A DNA stretch of 64,000 nt from Candidatus Calditenuaceae archaeon HR02 (GCA_002898395.1 BEHE01000011.1:1-64000); one strand, 5' to 3'. Counted from the stretch's first letter, positions 47,836-58,351 are shown. A program made the numbers and translations. Notes: a model not told the origin generated them from the sequence alone.

Positions 47836-49722
47836 TTGAGGGGTTCTGATGAAGGGAGATTTAAACGGGAGGTAGGCTGGTTTAGCGCTTTTTCCATGGG
47901 CTTCGGCGACGTAGGTGCCGACGTATTCATAGCCCTGGGTGTCGCAATGCTCTACGCAGGCGGAGCAGCCTTCATAGCCTTCGCAGTCACGGCCATAGCC
48001 TATGTAGCCATCAGCCTCTCATACGCCGAGCTGGCGCCAGCCTACCCCTACGCGGGAGGCGTACACATATACTCCCTCAGGGCTTGGAATACCCTTGGAA
48101 GCTTCATCGCCGGCTGGGCGATACTGCTCGACTACGTGTTGTGCCTCTCACTCTTCGCCACGGCCGCGGCCGGATACTTCAAGTTCTTAATCCCTCAGGT
48201 TAAGGATTTAGCCTTGCAGCTGGGACCCATCACAGTCGGAAGCCTAGGCGCCATAGCTGCTGCGATAGTCCTCCTCCTAGTCGCGATGAACTATTTTGGC
48301 ATTAAGTATTCGGCAGGGGTGGTTGCCGGGATTGTTGCGTTCGGGCTTATCATCCAATCGCTCGTTATCATTTTGGGGTTCTTGACAGTCTTTGACCCGG
48401 CTAAATTCGCCTCCCAATTCCTCATGGTCGGCAACCCTGAGCCCCAGGAAGAGGTATTCTACCCCCCGGGCCTGGCCTTCTCTGAGAGCAACTTCTTATT
48501 CGGGCTGACGATAGCGATGGCGTCATACATAGGCGTAGAGTCGATAGCTCAGGCCGCTGAAGAGACGCGGAGGCCGCACCGCTGGATACCAAGGGCTACG
48601 CTGCTCTGCGCAGTCACAGTGCCGCTCTTCGTCCTGTTGTTCAGCTCGCTTGCACTGGGTGTTACAGACTGGTGGAGGATAGCCGCGGCTATCGAGAACC
48701 CCGTAGCAGCCCTAGTGAGCATGTACAAGATATTCGGCCCAGAGCTAGCCGTACTGGTCTCATTCACGGCAATAATACTTACGACCGCCTCCTCGAATAC
48801 CGGGCTTATAGGTGTCACGAGGCTGGCCGCCAGCATGGGGAGGCTCGGGCTGCTACCCCAATGGCTCTACACGATTCACAGGCGGTACGGGACACCGACA
48901 AGGGCGATAATCTTTTTCGGCGTCATAGGGATTTTACTGACCCTCCCCGGCGACATACCTTTCCTAGCAAGTCTCTACAACTTCGGTGCCTCCCTAAGCT
49001 ACATCATGCTCTTCCTTTCACTAATCATCCTCAGAAACAAGGAGCCACACGTCTATAGGCCTTGGAAGATGAAGCCAACCCTACATCTAAAGCGCAGAGA
49101 CAGGGTCTACGAGATACCACTCGTCAGCCTCATAGGCCTGATAATAATCTCGGTGATATTCACGCTGTTCCTCCTCCTACACAGCCTAGGCCGTGTCTTA
49201 GGTCCTGTATGGATGGCCGCAGGGGTGGTTGGCTTCTACATCTACAGGAGGCATTTTTTGAAGCGGCCTGTGAAGAGTGTTGAGGAGCAGACCCTCGCAG
49301 TCCCCGCCGGTTACTTGATGCGCTTAACCGTCTTGGTGAGGCCGCGGGAGGACCCCAGAACAGTGGAAGAGGCGCTACGCCACTCACTCGATAAACGATT
49401 CTCACTAAAACTACTCTCGATAGTGGACCCGGAGATAGAGGATGACGTGGAAGAAGCGAGGCTAGAGGCCAAGAAGAATTTGGAGGAGGCGCGCAGGGTG
49501 CTTGCATCAAGAGGGTTTGAGGTCGAACACGAGGTGAGGGTGGGTAGCTATGACGAGGTGGTGGACTGGGAGGTTGAGAAAGGCGGCTCCGACTTCATAG
49601 TCCTGCTGGTCAGGAGGTTTGAGAAGGCCGTATTGGAGAAAGAGTCCATGCTGGACTCGAAGATACACTCGGTCTTCGCGAAGTATCCTGCAAGAGTAAT
49701 GTTGCTGAGAAAGCCAACCTAG
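47836..49722 (+). CDS. APC family amino acid permease with C-terminal USP-like domain
   Basis: SYAELA..P.AGG, YIGVESIAQAAEE, YGTP; soluble C-terminal domain; start shortened. Confidence 0.88.
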   Translation: MRGSDEGRFKREVGWFSAFSMGFGDVGADVFIALGVAMLYAGGAAFIAFAVTAIAYVAISLSYAELAPAYPYAGGVHIYSLRAWNTLGSFIAGWAILLDYVLCLSLFATAAAGYFKFLIPQVKDLALQLGPITVGSLGAIAAAIVLLLVAMNYFGIKYSAGVVAGIVAFGLIIQSLVIILGFLTVFDPAKFASQFLMVGNPEPQEEVFYPPGLAFSESNFLFGLTIAMASYIGVESIAQAAEETRRPHRWIPRATLLCAVTVPLFVLLFSSLALGVTDWWRIAAAIENPVAALVSMYKIFGPELAVLVSFTAIILTTASSNTGLIGVTRLAASMGRLGLLPQWLYTIHRRYGTPTRAIIFFGVIGILLTLPGDIPFLASLYNFGASLSYIMLFLSLIILRNKEPHVYRPWKMKPTLHLKRRDRVYEIPLVSLIGLIIISVIFTLFLLLHSLGRVLGPVWMAAGVVGFYIYRRHFLKRPVKSVEEQTLAVPAGYLMRLTVLVRPREDPRTVEEALRHSLDKRFSLKLLSIVDPEIEDDVEEARLEAKKNLEEARRVLASRGFEVEHEVRVGSYDEVVDWEVEKGGSDFIVLLVRRFEKAVLEKESMLDSKIHSVFAKYPARVMLLRKPT

Positions 49723-49729
49723 CACATAA

Positions 49730-50026
49730 TTACTCCCACGTCTCTACGCCGTTCCTCTTATGCGTGTGAAGTATTACGGATGTCACAGAACTCTTAACAC
49801 CTTCCACGCTGGGTAGGACTTTGGAGGTGAACTTTCTCAACTCCTCAACACTCGACACGGCAATAATAGCTATGATGTCATACTCGCCCGTCACCTCATA
49901 GACATCTAGGGTCTGAGGAAGCTTGGCAAGCCTCTCACAAACATCCTCAAGCTTCCCCGACTCGACGAAGAGGTGGAGCACCGCCTTAACACTACCAGAC
50001 AACTCCATTAATTCGAGCCTTCTCAA
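49730..50026 (-). CDS. Lrp/AsnC ligand-binding-domain protein
   Basis: VYEVTGEYDII, VEGVKSSVTS. Confidence 0.85.
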   Translation of the reverse strand: MRRLELMELSGSVKAVLHLFVESGKLEDVCERLAKLPQTLDVYEVTGEYDIIAIIAVSSVEELRKFTSKVLPSVEGVKSSVTSVILHTHKRNGVETWE

Positions 50027-50035
50027 CCTTCCTAA

Positions 50036-50296
50036 TTAATCTGGATCCTTATATGAGATTCCTATCGACTCTACGAGCTTGCCGAGCATGTTTCCAGCAC
50101 ACCTCCCGAAGAAACCTCCTAAAACCTTGTCTCTAACGACTGCTGGAGGCGGAGGCTCAGCCCTCCTCCAACCCCTAGAGCGCGTCTCTATCTCGCTTAG
50201 CGATGTGGGCTCCTCGTATGGATAATCCCTCCTCATAGGCGCCGACCACAACTCTCTGAAGACAGCCTCAGCAACTCTGAGACCCCCTTCCGCCAC
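50036..50296 (-). pseudogene. Fragment of an ADP-ribosylglycohydrolase-family gene
   Basis: YPYEEPT.L..I..RDKVLGGFFGRCAGNMLGKLVE, then abrupt end. Confidence 0.55.
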
Positions 50297-50317
50297 CCTT
50301 CTTCTCTTCAGCCCTTA

Positions 50318-50700
50318 TCTTCTTGACTTGTTTCTTTGTTTTGTGTTGCATCTAACCTGTTCTGTGTTTATGTATTGTTGGCATTTTGAGCAGTATTTAA
50401 ATCCCCGACTATATGCACCACTCCTAGCGGCTGGATATATCTTAGACTCACATTCTCAAACCTTACTCTGAGGGTGTCTGTGGAGTAGTCTTATCCTGAT
50501 TGGCCTCTCCCTGTTTAATAATAGTTCTGAGGCCTCGGCAGGTCTCCTTACCTTAAGCCTGCCTGAGTCGATATCGTATTCTAGGCTCCCTGATATAGAG
50601 GCCTTCCTCGAGGGGAGTCTTGATGACAGCCCTATCACCCCCATTAATCATTCCTTCCAGTTCTGGCGCCTTAATCTTGAGCCCCGGCCCTCCACTGTTG
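50318..50700 (-). repeat. Dispersed repeat copy 2: longer decayed zinc-finger gene remnant
   Basis: 50318-50527 aligns to 4678-4908; fragments ELLLNRERPIRIR and GAYSRGFKYCSKCQQYINTEQVRC..RNKSRR. Confidence 0.75.
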
Positions 50701-50762
50701 TATGAGGCTGAGGACTAGGCCTAGTCGTGAATGTAGGAAGAGGTGGCCTAAACGGTACATAA

Positions 50763-51353
50763 GTGTCGAGGTCGAGGGGTGGATGGGGGGGTTTGGAGAG
50801 GCACTACCTCTCGTATCCGGTTAGGGTGAGGATGTGTCGAAGGGTGCTGGAGCTCAGGGGAGAGGGTCTGAGTTATGGGATGATTCTGGAGAGGCTTTAC
50901 GAGGAGTTCAGGGTGTGGATAAACAAGAGCCTTATCAGCTATTGGTTTAGGGGAATTCATACACCCAGATGCAGGGTCAATGTAATCAAGAAGGAGGATT
51001 ATTGGTTTGGGTATGTTGTCGGGAGTGTTTTATCGGATGGCAACAGAAATAGACATACTGGCAACATAGGCGTTGAAATATACACCAAGGATCGCGAGTT
51101 TACTGAGATGTGTACTAAGGCTCTGAGGAGGATAGGAGTGAGCCCATCGATAAGGTTCAAGGACGGTCGTTACATAGTGCGCGCAAAGTCAACCGAGCTA
51201 TACTATCTACTAGATAGTGGCTAGTGGCGGAAATACATAGACTCCGGCACCGAAGCTAGACTGGGATTCCTCAGGGGCTTCTTCGACGGTGATGGTGTCT
51301 ATCGGGGCTACGTTGCTGGCAATATTAGCTGTTCTAGTGGTGTTGAGGCCTAG
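50763..51353 (+). pseudogene. HTH + double-motif LAGLIDADG endonuclease, copy A (in-frame TAG, truncated)
   Basis: HTH GLSYGMI..KSLISYW; motif 1 GYVVGSVLSDG; TAG 51222-51224 then in frame WRKYID..LGFLRGFFDGDG (motif 2). Confidence 0.85.
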
Positions 51354-51442
51354 CATTGGATTGCTGACAGCGATTAAGGGCATGACGGCGATGAAATACT
51401 TGGCAGTATTGCTGATCCCCAAGTTAGTACAGGTGGCCTAGA

Positions 51443-52375
51443 ATGAGTGATAGGAGAGAAGAAATAATGGAGAAGAGGAGGAGGTGTCTTCCTAGAGATC
51501 TGAGGATAAAGATTTATGAGGATGTCCTGGAACTAGCAAAGAAAGGACTATCATACAGGGAGATAGTCAATGAGATAGAGAGGAGATAGGGAGTTGTTCT
51601 CAATGAATCCCAATGTAGCTACTGGAATAGAAGAATACATTCACCATACAACGGTATAAGGACCCCGTCGATAGAGTTTCTAAAACCATCAGAGGACTTA
51701 GCATATGTTATAAGTGTGGTGGCTGGGGATGGATGTGCTTGGCGGAGAGGTAGGCCACGGCGCGGATACAGGAAATACTGCATTGGATTAGAGGTTAAGG
51801 ATAGGGAGTTTGACGAGAGTTCGGTAGGAGGATAGCTAAGGTGTTAGGAAGAGAACCGCCGAGACCAAGGCTAAATAAATATGGTAGATGGGTCGTTGCA
51901 GTTCAGTCTAGGACTCTCTATGAATTGCTTAAGAAGCCCGTCGATATCGACAGAATAAGACCATTCGTTGAACACTGTGAGCGATGTATCTCAATGTTTC
52001 TGAGAGGGTTCTTTGATAGCGAGGCATGCGTCTATAAAGACGGCACCATAACCGTGTATAACACCGACTATAAACTACTAACATACGTCATATATCTCCT
52101 AGAGAAAATTAGTATAGAGACGACCCAGAAAGAGCCGAGGATTAATAAACGAGCTGGCGGACCGTTTAGAGAGCCAAAGACTGGCAAACTATACAAATCC
52201 AGAAGAGACGTCTACTACATCAGGATATGGAGGGGCTTTAATAAGAGGTTTTACGAGAAAGTTGGCTTTAACCATTGAAAGAAAAAGGATAAGGCTAGAA
52301 GAATATCTCAGGAGAAGAGGACTAATACCAACCACCTCCCCCCTTCCTCCTACTCCATTTCCCACTTACCCATAA
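51443..52375 (+). pseudogene. HTH + double-motif LAGLIDADG endonuclease, copy B, full length but disrupted, convergent on tRNA-Trp
   Basis: GLSYREIV, TAG 51587, LAYVISVVAGDG, frameshift ~51815, FLRGFFDSEA, frameshift ~52270, TIERKRIRLEEYL, stop 38 nt from the tRNA 3' end. Confidence 0.9.
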
Positions 52376-52413
52376 TCAAACCAACACACCCTCACTAACT
52401 AGAAACATAGCCA

Positions 52414-52520
52414 TGGGGCCGGTGGGACTTGAACCCACGGCTTCCGGGTCTCTTCTGTGCCAGCCACACGTGTTGATGGGATCTGGAGCCCGGCGCCCTA
52501 CCTTGCTAGGCCACGGCCCC
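52414..52520 (-). tRNA. tRNA-Trp(CCA) with a 33-nt intron at 37/38 (52450-52482)
   Basis: GGGGCCG acceptor, CCGGG-CT-CCA-G|intron|A-CCCGG, GTTCAAGTC T-loop. Confidence 0.92.
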
Positions 52521-52635
52521 GCCGCCTTCTTGAGAGTTGGGAAGCCACAATTAATCCTTTTTCCCGGCTGAGTGCCTTGCGGGAAACGTTAAAGCATGGT
52601 CTTGATGGTGTTTTGTCTGTCCGGTGTGGTGCTTC

Positions 52636-53520
52636 GTGAGGCTGGCTAGGTTTAGGGTTGGTGAGCTCACGACCTACGGGTTTGTTGAGGGGGACTACAT
52701 TGTTTCTAGGGAGGAGGTTGAGGAGGCAGCAGGTCTCGCGCTCCCACCCTATTTCTCGGACTTTGTTGAGAGGCTTATCGTTGAGCAGGATTTTCGAAAA
52801 CTTGTGCTGGAGGCCTCGAGGAAGTCTCCGCGCGTCTTAAAGCTAAGCCAAGCCAAACTCCTCGCACCCACCGATAATAAGCCGAAGATAATATGTATCG
52901 GGCTCAACTATAGGGACCATGCTGAGGAGTCAAGGGCTGAGGTTCCCGACGAGCCGATAATCTTCATGAAACCACACACGGCCCTGACTGGGCCATACGA
53001 TCCCATCGAGTACCCCTCTATCGTCACACAGCTCGACTACGAGGCTGAGCTGGCCGTGGTTATTGGGAGGAAGTGCCGAGGGGTGGAACCAGGCGAGGCG
53101 CCCGACTTTATCTGTGGCTATGCCGCCTTCAACGACGTATCGGCCAGGAACCTCCAGTTCAAGGATAAGCAGTGGACACGTGGAAAATCATTCGATACAT
53201 TCGCACCCATGGGTCCGTGGATAGTCACGCGCGACGAGATACCTGACCCTCAGAACCTTAGGATAATGTCTCGCGTAAACGGGGAGACGAGACAGAACTC
53301 GAACACGAGGAACATGATCTTCGGAGTCTACTATCTGGTCTCTTTCATTAGTATGGTTATGACACTTGAGCCTGGCGACGTCATAGCGACGGGGACTCCT
53401 GCAGGGGTCGGGATATTTGCCAAGCCGGAGCCGAAGCTACTCAAGATTAATGACGTGGTCGAGGTGGAGGTTGAGAGCATAGGAGTGTTAAGGAACACTG
53501 TTGTTAAGGGTCGTGTATAA
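52636..53520 (+). CDS. Fumarylacetoacetate hydrolase family protein
   Basis: KIICIGLNYRDHAEE, DYEAEL, NDVSAR, GKSFDTF, GDVIATGTPAG. Confidence 0.93.
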   Translation: MRLARFRVGELTTYGFVEGDYIVSREEVEEAAGLALPPYFSDFVERLIVEQDFRKLVLEASRKSPRVLKLSQAKLLAPTDNKPKIICIGLNYRDHAEESRAEVPDEPIIFMKPHTALTGPYDPIEYPSIVTQLDYEAELAVVIGRKCRGVEPGEAPDFICGYAAFNDVSARNLQFKDKQWTRGKSFDTFAPMGPWIVTRDEIPDPQNLRIMSRVNGETRQNSNTRNMIFGVYYLVSFISMVMTLEPGDVIATGTPAGVGIFAKPEPKLLKINDVVEVEVESIGVLRNTVVKGRV

Positions 53521-53612
53521 GCCTAGTGCGGCGACAATTTTCCGCTTCATGCATCAATTTCTATACATTTGAAGAATAAAAAATCATATTTGATGCAACA
53601 ACACAAGAGTAA

Positions 53613-55001
53613 GTGGAAAACAGACATGAGAAACTCTTATTATCTCTCATGCACCATGTAGGGTGTGGTGAGTTATTGGATCAGGTAAAGCTGGGGGAAC
53701 TGGCTGTAAGATATTCGAGGCTTTATGGGGGTAAGATCGAGGTTCATCCAAAGGTCCCAGTCAGGGGGCTTCAGGACTTCTCGATCTGGTATACGCCAGG
53801 CGTTGCTGAGGTCTGCAGGGCCATTGTGAAGGACAGGGACGAGGTCTTCAACCTGACCAATAGGTGGAACACGATAGCCGTGTTGACCAATGGGACACGC
53901 GTTCTGGGGCTGGGGAACATTGGCCCAGAGGCAGGTCTACCGGTGATGGAGGGGAAGGCGCTGATCTTCAAGTATCTCGGTGGTGTCGATGCGATCCCCC
54001 TTGCCGTGAGGACCGATTCGCCCGAACAGTTCATCCAAGTGGCAAAGATGTTGGAACCCTCCTTCGGGGGCCTAAACCTCGAGGACATCCAGTCACCCGA
54101 CTGCTTCTACATACTTGAGAGACTAATGTCGGATCTTGAGATTCCGGTCTGGCATGACGACCAGCTGGGAACTGCGGCCGCGACTCTTGCAGCCCTCATC
54201 AATGCGCTTAAGCTCACGGGCCGCTCGCCGAGGGAGTGCAGAGTAGTCCTACTTGGCGCTGGCGCAGCGAACATCGCCACCGCAGTCCTCCTCGAGAAGT
54301 ACTGCTTCGACCCTGGGAAGATGATTCTCGTAGACAGGAATGGGATATTGCACTCTGAGAGGGAGGACATGGACTCGCTGATGCTGAAGAATCGCTGGAA
54401 GTATGAGATAGCTCTCAAGACGAATAGGGATAGGGTGAAGGGTGGGCTGAGGGAGGCCTTGGTGGGGGCGGACGTGCTCATAGCTGCGTCGACCCCTGGG
54501 CCGGGAATTGTTAAGCCCGAGGATGTGGAGTTGATGGAGAAGGACCCGATAGTCTTCGCCCTCGCAAACCCGGTACCCGAGATATGGCCCTGGGAGGCCA
54601 AGCGGGCTGGAGCCGCCATAGTCGCGACCGGGAGGAGCGACCTCCCAAACCAAGTGAACAACAGCCTGATATTCCCCTCAGTCTTCCGAGGAGCCCTCGA
54701 CTGCAGCGCCCGCCGAATCTCCTATGAGGCAATGATCCGAGGGGCGGAGGAGCTCGCGCGATGCGCAGAGGAAAAGGGCCTCTCACCCGACTACATTATC
54801 CCGACCATGGAGGAGTGGACGGTCTATCCAAGAGTGGCGGCCGCTGTTGCGCAAACCCTGTCTAGGCAGGGGCTTGCACGCCGAAAGATCAGCTATGAGG
54901 AGGAGCTTGAACGGGCTAGTAGGATAATCTCAAGGTCTAGGCGGATTCTCAGCGCACTCGTCGATTCGAGGATTGTGGAGGTTCCAGCCTCCGAGGTCTA
55001 G
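53613..55001 (+). CDS. NAD(P)-dependent malic enzyme
   Basis: YTPGVA, GLGNIG..PVMEGK, NLEDI, HDDQLGT, ANPVPEI, TGRSD.PNQVNN; true start probably ~53676. Confidence 0.93.
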   Translation: MENRHEKLLLSLMHHVGCGELLDQVKLGELAVRYSRLYGGKIEVHPKVPVRGLQDFSIWYTPGVAEVCRAIVKDRDEVFNLTNRWNTIAVLTNGTRVLGLGNIGPEAGLPVMEGKALIFKYLGGVDAIPLAVRTDSPEQFIQVAKMLEPSFGGLNLEDIQSPDCFYILERLMSDLEIPVWHDDQLGTAAATLAALINALKLTGRSPRECRVVLLGAGAANIATAVLLEKYCFDPGKMILVDRNGILHSEREDMDSLMLKNRWKYEIALKTNRDRVKGGLREALVGADVLIAASTPGPGIVKPEDVELMEKDPIVFALANPVPEIWPWEAKRAGAAIVATGRSDLPNQVNNSLIFPSVFRGALDCSARRISYEAMIRGAEELARCAEEKGLSPDYIIPTMEEWTVYPRVAAAVAQTLSRQGLARRKISYEEELERASRIISRSRRILSALVDSRIVEVPASEV

Positions 55002-55026
55002 CGATAGGACCGGTTAAGGAGATATA

Positions 55027-55473
55027 TTGAGGCTCCGCGATGAATGGCTAGTGGTTAGGGTTAGTCTTAGCAGGCTTGAGGCAGTCTATCTCGTCGAGCT
55101 CCATAAAATGGCTGATGAAGCGCGGACGGGGACTAGCGCGCTCGCTGCCAGGTTTGGTGTGAAGGGGTCAAGCGTGGTAGATGTGGTTAAGAGGCTTGAG
55201 AAGAAGGGGCTAGTCGTTAGGGAGCCGTGGAGGTCGATATCCCTTACTAGGCGGGGGGAGGCGCTTGCCGAGCAGCTCATACACAACCACCGGGTCATAG
55301 AGACCTATTTCCACAGGGTTCTCAACCTCCCAGCCCAGCTCGCATGTAGTGAGGCCCAGAAACTCGACAGCCTCCTAAGCTGGAGAACCATAACCTCTAT
55401 GTGCCGCGCCCTAAACTATCCTACAACATGTATACACGGCGAAAAGATAAAACATTATAGAAGGTGTAAGTAA
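55027..55473 (+). CDS. DtxR/MntR family metal-dependent repressor
   Basis: wHTH plus HRVIETY..ACSEA, PTTCIHG. Confidence 0.88.
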   Translation: MRLRDEWLVVRVSLSRLEAVYLVELHKMADEARTGTSALAARFGVKGSSVVDVVKRLEKKGLVVREPWRSISLTRRGEALAEQLIHNHRVIETYFHRVLNLPAQLACSEAQKLDSLLSWRTITSMCRALNYPTTCIHGEKIKHYRRCK

Positions 55474-55479
55474 AATCGG

Positions 55480-56550
55480 CTACTGCACAACCTTTCTGAG
55501 GCGCCGAGGCCTGTCCGGGTCAAGCCCCTTCTCCACCGCCGTATAATATGCGAGGAGCTGAAACGGGACAACCTCAACCGCGGTCGCCAACACGTGGGAT
55601 ATCCGCGGAAGAGTCACGTCGGCACCTAGCCCCCCGCCCTCGTGGGAGAGCATCATAATCTGCGAGCCTGATGACAAAGCCTCAGTGGCCACCTTCTCGA
55701 AGACGTCTAAGTAGTCGCCGGGCTCCGGCGGCGTTATGAACATGCATGCCACATCACTATCCAATAGGGAGATAGGGCCGTGTCTGAACTCGCCTATCGA
55801 GTAGGCTTCCGCGTGTATTCCGCAGGTCTCCTTCAGCTTGAGTGATGCCTCGAGAGCCGCTATGTAGGAGGGGCCGTAGCCGAGGATAAACGCGTGCCTG
55901 ACGCTTGCCAGCTTCTTGGCCTGCCTCTGCATAAGCTCCTCGGAGCGGTCTATTGTCTGTCCTAGGAGGCCGGGAAGCTTGGATAAGTCCTCTCTAAGCG
56001 AATCGGCTACAAGCCTAGCAGGGGCTAGGCCGAAGGCTAGGGAATAGACCGCTGCCAGCTGGGCCATGAAGCTCTTGGTGGCCGGAATAGCCCTCTCCAC
56101 GCCACACTTAACCACGACCACGTAGCGGGCCAGAGACCCAAGCGTGCTGTCTGGAACGCTTGTCAAAGCTAGGACGTCAACACCTTTCGCCGAAGCGAGC
56201 CGAGCTGCTCTAACCGTGTCCACGGATTCGCCCGACTGCGAGATGGCCACTAGGAGGTGGCCCCTTTGGAGAAAGTTGTGGACGTGCTCGGAGTACTCTG
56301 AAGCATGGACGGAGTAGGCCTCAATGCCTGCGATTCTCGAGGCAGCATAGCTTAGACAGAGGCCTGCATGGTGTGAGGAACCACTACTACATGTTATGAT
56401 ACGCCTATACCTTGCGCCTATCTCATCCGAAGGGACACCCATCACGCTAAGAGCCTCGAGCGTCTCACGGAACGCCGCAGGCCCCTCGCGAATCTCTCGT
56501 ATCATGTAGTGGCTGGCCGTCAACTCCTCCACACTACCAGGGCCTGGCAC
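55480..56550 (-). CDS. Double-SIS sugar-phosphate isomerase/deaminase (GlmS C-terminal/GlmD-like)
   Basis: SGSSHHA, ISQSGES, ATKS, LKLKE, EFRHGP, PDRPRRL.K. Confidence 0.88.
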   Translation of the reverse strand: MPGPGSVEELTASHYMIREIREGPAAFRETLEALSVMGVPSDEIGARYRRIITCSSGSSHHAGLCLSYAASRIAGIEAYSVHASEYSEHVHNFLQRGHLLVAISQSGESVDTVRAARLASAKGVDVLALTSVPDSTLGSLARYVVVVKCGVERAIPATKSFMAQLAAVYSLAFGLAPARLVADSLREDLSKLPGLLGQTIDRSEELMQRQAKKLASVRHAFILGYGPSYIAALEASLKLKETCGIHAEAYSIGEFRHGPISLLDSDVACMFITPPEPGDYLDVFEKVATEALSSGSQIMMLSHEGGGLGADVTLPRISHVLATAVEVVPFQLLAYYTAVEKGLDPDRPRRLRKVVQ

Positions 56551-56570
56551 GGCCCTTAAATGACTGTTGC

Positions 56571-57737
56571 TCAGCGCCTCGTCTTCCGGAACTTCTCAAC
56601 GTCCTCTTCTCTTATTGATATGCCCAGCCCTGGCTTTGTAGGCGGCTCAAACTCCCCGTTGGAGTGTTTGATCGCGTCCCCTGCTAATGCCTCCCTGAGC
56701 GGGTTAGGCCTGAGGTGGAACTCAATGATTGGCGAGTCGATTGTGAGGGCCGTGTGCAGGCTTGCGACGAATCCTATCCCACCCGCCGAGTAGTGGGGTA
56801 TCAGCGGGAGACCGTAGCTCCTCGCAAGTACACCTATCCTCAGCATCTCTGTTATCCCACCATTCCAGGCAGCGTCTGCCTGGACAATATCGACAGCGTA
56901 TCTCGAGATAAGCTCCCTGAACTCGTGTACCGTGAAGGCGGTCTCATAGCCGGCTATCGGTACATCAAGCTGCGCCGCCAGCCTAGCACTTAGTTCGGGA
57001 TAATCAGTGGATATCGGCTCTTCGAAGAAGATTATTCCCAGCTTCTCCAACTCCCTCCCCATTCTCAGGGCCTGGTTAAAATCGTAAACATTGTTGGCGT
57101 CCACGGCGATTTCGAGACCTCCACCGAACCTCTCATTCAAGGCTTTGAGACGCCTGATGTCCTCCTCAATGCTGAGGCCGCCGACCTTAATCTTGACAGT
57201 CTTGAAACCGCTCCTAACATATCCCTCAACCTCCTCAACCAGCCTTGGAATATCTTTGTCAGGCCTATAGTAGCCCCCCGTGATATACCCCTTCATCCTC
57301 CTAGAGTTTCCGCCGAGAAGCCTGTGGATCGGTGCCCCGAACTCCTTTCCAGCTAAGTCCCAGAGGGCGATGTCAACCCCGCTCATCGCTGAGACCACTA
57401 TCCCCCTCCTCCCAAGCCTGAAAGTGGCCTTGTACATCTTGTCCCATAGATGCCAAATGTTCGTCGACTCCTCACCCCTAACTATCCGGCTCAAAACACT
57501 GTTGACGGTAACCGCCACGCTCTCAGGCGAACCATAGCCTATCGCCTCGCCAAACCCGACGCCTCCGTCAGAAGTCTCAACGCGGATGAGGCAAACCTCC
57601 ATCGGATGCTCAGCCCCACCAACAACCGCCAGCGCGTCCCTCTCATAAAACTCCGTAAACTCCAAGACCTCACAGCCTACACTAGCAATCCTCAAGGCAA
57701 GGAGAGAAAAGCCCGGGGAAATTAAAACATTTTTCAC
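56571..57737 (-). CDS. Mandelate racemase/muconate lactonizing enzyme family protein
   Basis: DIALWD, KIK, VDAN, EEP, GYE, PH; start probably a little downstream. Confidence 0.9.
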   Translation of the reverse strand: MKNVLISPGFSLLALRIASVGCEVLEFTEFYERDALAVVGGAEHPMEVCLIRVETSDGGVGFGEAIGYGSPESVAVTVNSVLSRIVRGEESTNIWHLWDKMYKATFRLGRRGIVVSAMSGVDIALWDLAGKEFGAPIHRLLGGNSRRMKGYITGGYYRPDKDIPRLVEEVEGYVRSGFKTVKIKVGGLSIEEDIRRLKALNERFGGGLEIAVDANNVYDFNQALRMGRELEKLGIIFFEEPISTDYPELSARLAAQLDVPIAGYETAFTVHEFRELISRYAVDIVQADAAWNGGITEMLRIGVLARSYGLPLIPHYSAGGIGFVASLHTALTIDSPIIEFHLRPNPLREALAGDAIKHSNGEFEPPTKPGLGISIREEDVEKFRKTRR

Positions 57738-57793
57738 GACTCTACGCTACAGGCTTGCGTGTGTTTAAATCCACGCCCTCATCAAGTCTACTT

Positions 57794-58276
57794 GTGGAGC
57801 TCAAGATCATCGGATACGTCAGGGTTGACGCTGATGATGAATATGTTAGGTCTCATGCAGGCACGGTGGTGGGTAGCATAGAGATCCTGCCCGAATACGA
57901 GGAGGCTCTAAACGGGCTGGAAGAGTACTCACACATATTCATAATATCGATTCTCCACAAGATACCGCCTGAGGGCAGGACTGTGTTGAAGGTGAGGCCG
58001 AGGAGGCTGCTGAGGATTGGGTTCAGGGAGAGGGAGGTGCCCCTTGTCGGCGTGTTTGCGTCAGACTCGCCTGCGAGGCCGAACCCGATAGGCCTAACAC
58101 TCGTGAGGCTCCTCAAGCGCGAGGGGAGGGTCCTCAGGGTCGAGGGCCTAGACCTCTTCGACGGTACACCACTCGTCGACATAAAGCCCTACAAACCCGA
58201 CTACAGGGTCGAGGAATACAACTGCCCAGACTGGGCAAAACTAGACTCCAACCCCCAACCCAACAAGAAAGACTAG
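57794..58276 (+). CDS. tsaA: tRNA N6-threonylcarbamoyladenosine(37) N6-methyltransferase TrmO/TsaA family
   Basis: GLEEYSH, GVFA..SPARPNPIG, GLDLFDGTPLVDIKPY. Confidence 0.88.
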   Translation: MELKIIGYVRVDADDEYVRSHAGTVVGSIEILPEYEEALNGLEEYSHIFIISILHKIPPEGRTVLKVRPRRLLRIGFREREVPLVGVFASDSPARPNPIGLTLVRLLKREGRVLRVEGLDLFDGTPLVDIKPYKPDYRVEEYNCPDWAKLDSNPQPNKKD

Positions 58277-58351
58277 GACTCCCCCGCCAACCAGCCGCTC
58301 CGAGTTATCCAAAAATACCCCCAGCCCCACCACTCTACGCGGGGGCAGGAC

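Noticed and set aside
11202-51589. Amber recoding suggested by in-frame TAGs at 11202, 51222 and 51587
   Set aside because: Many intact genes (sufU, PINA, cdc6, DP1, parA) end properly at TAG, no pyl genes are seen, and LAGLIDADG copy B also has frameshifts.
52450-52482. Box C/D guide RNA in the tRNA-Trp intron, as in euryarchaea
   Set aside because: The intron is only 33 nt and has no RTGATGA or CTGA boxes.
53550-53597. TGCATCAA..TTGATGCA inverted repeat upstream of the malic enzyme
   Set aside because: Only 8 bp with 32-nt spacing; a possible operator but too weak alone.
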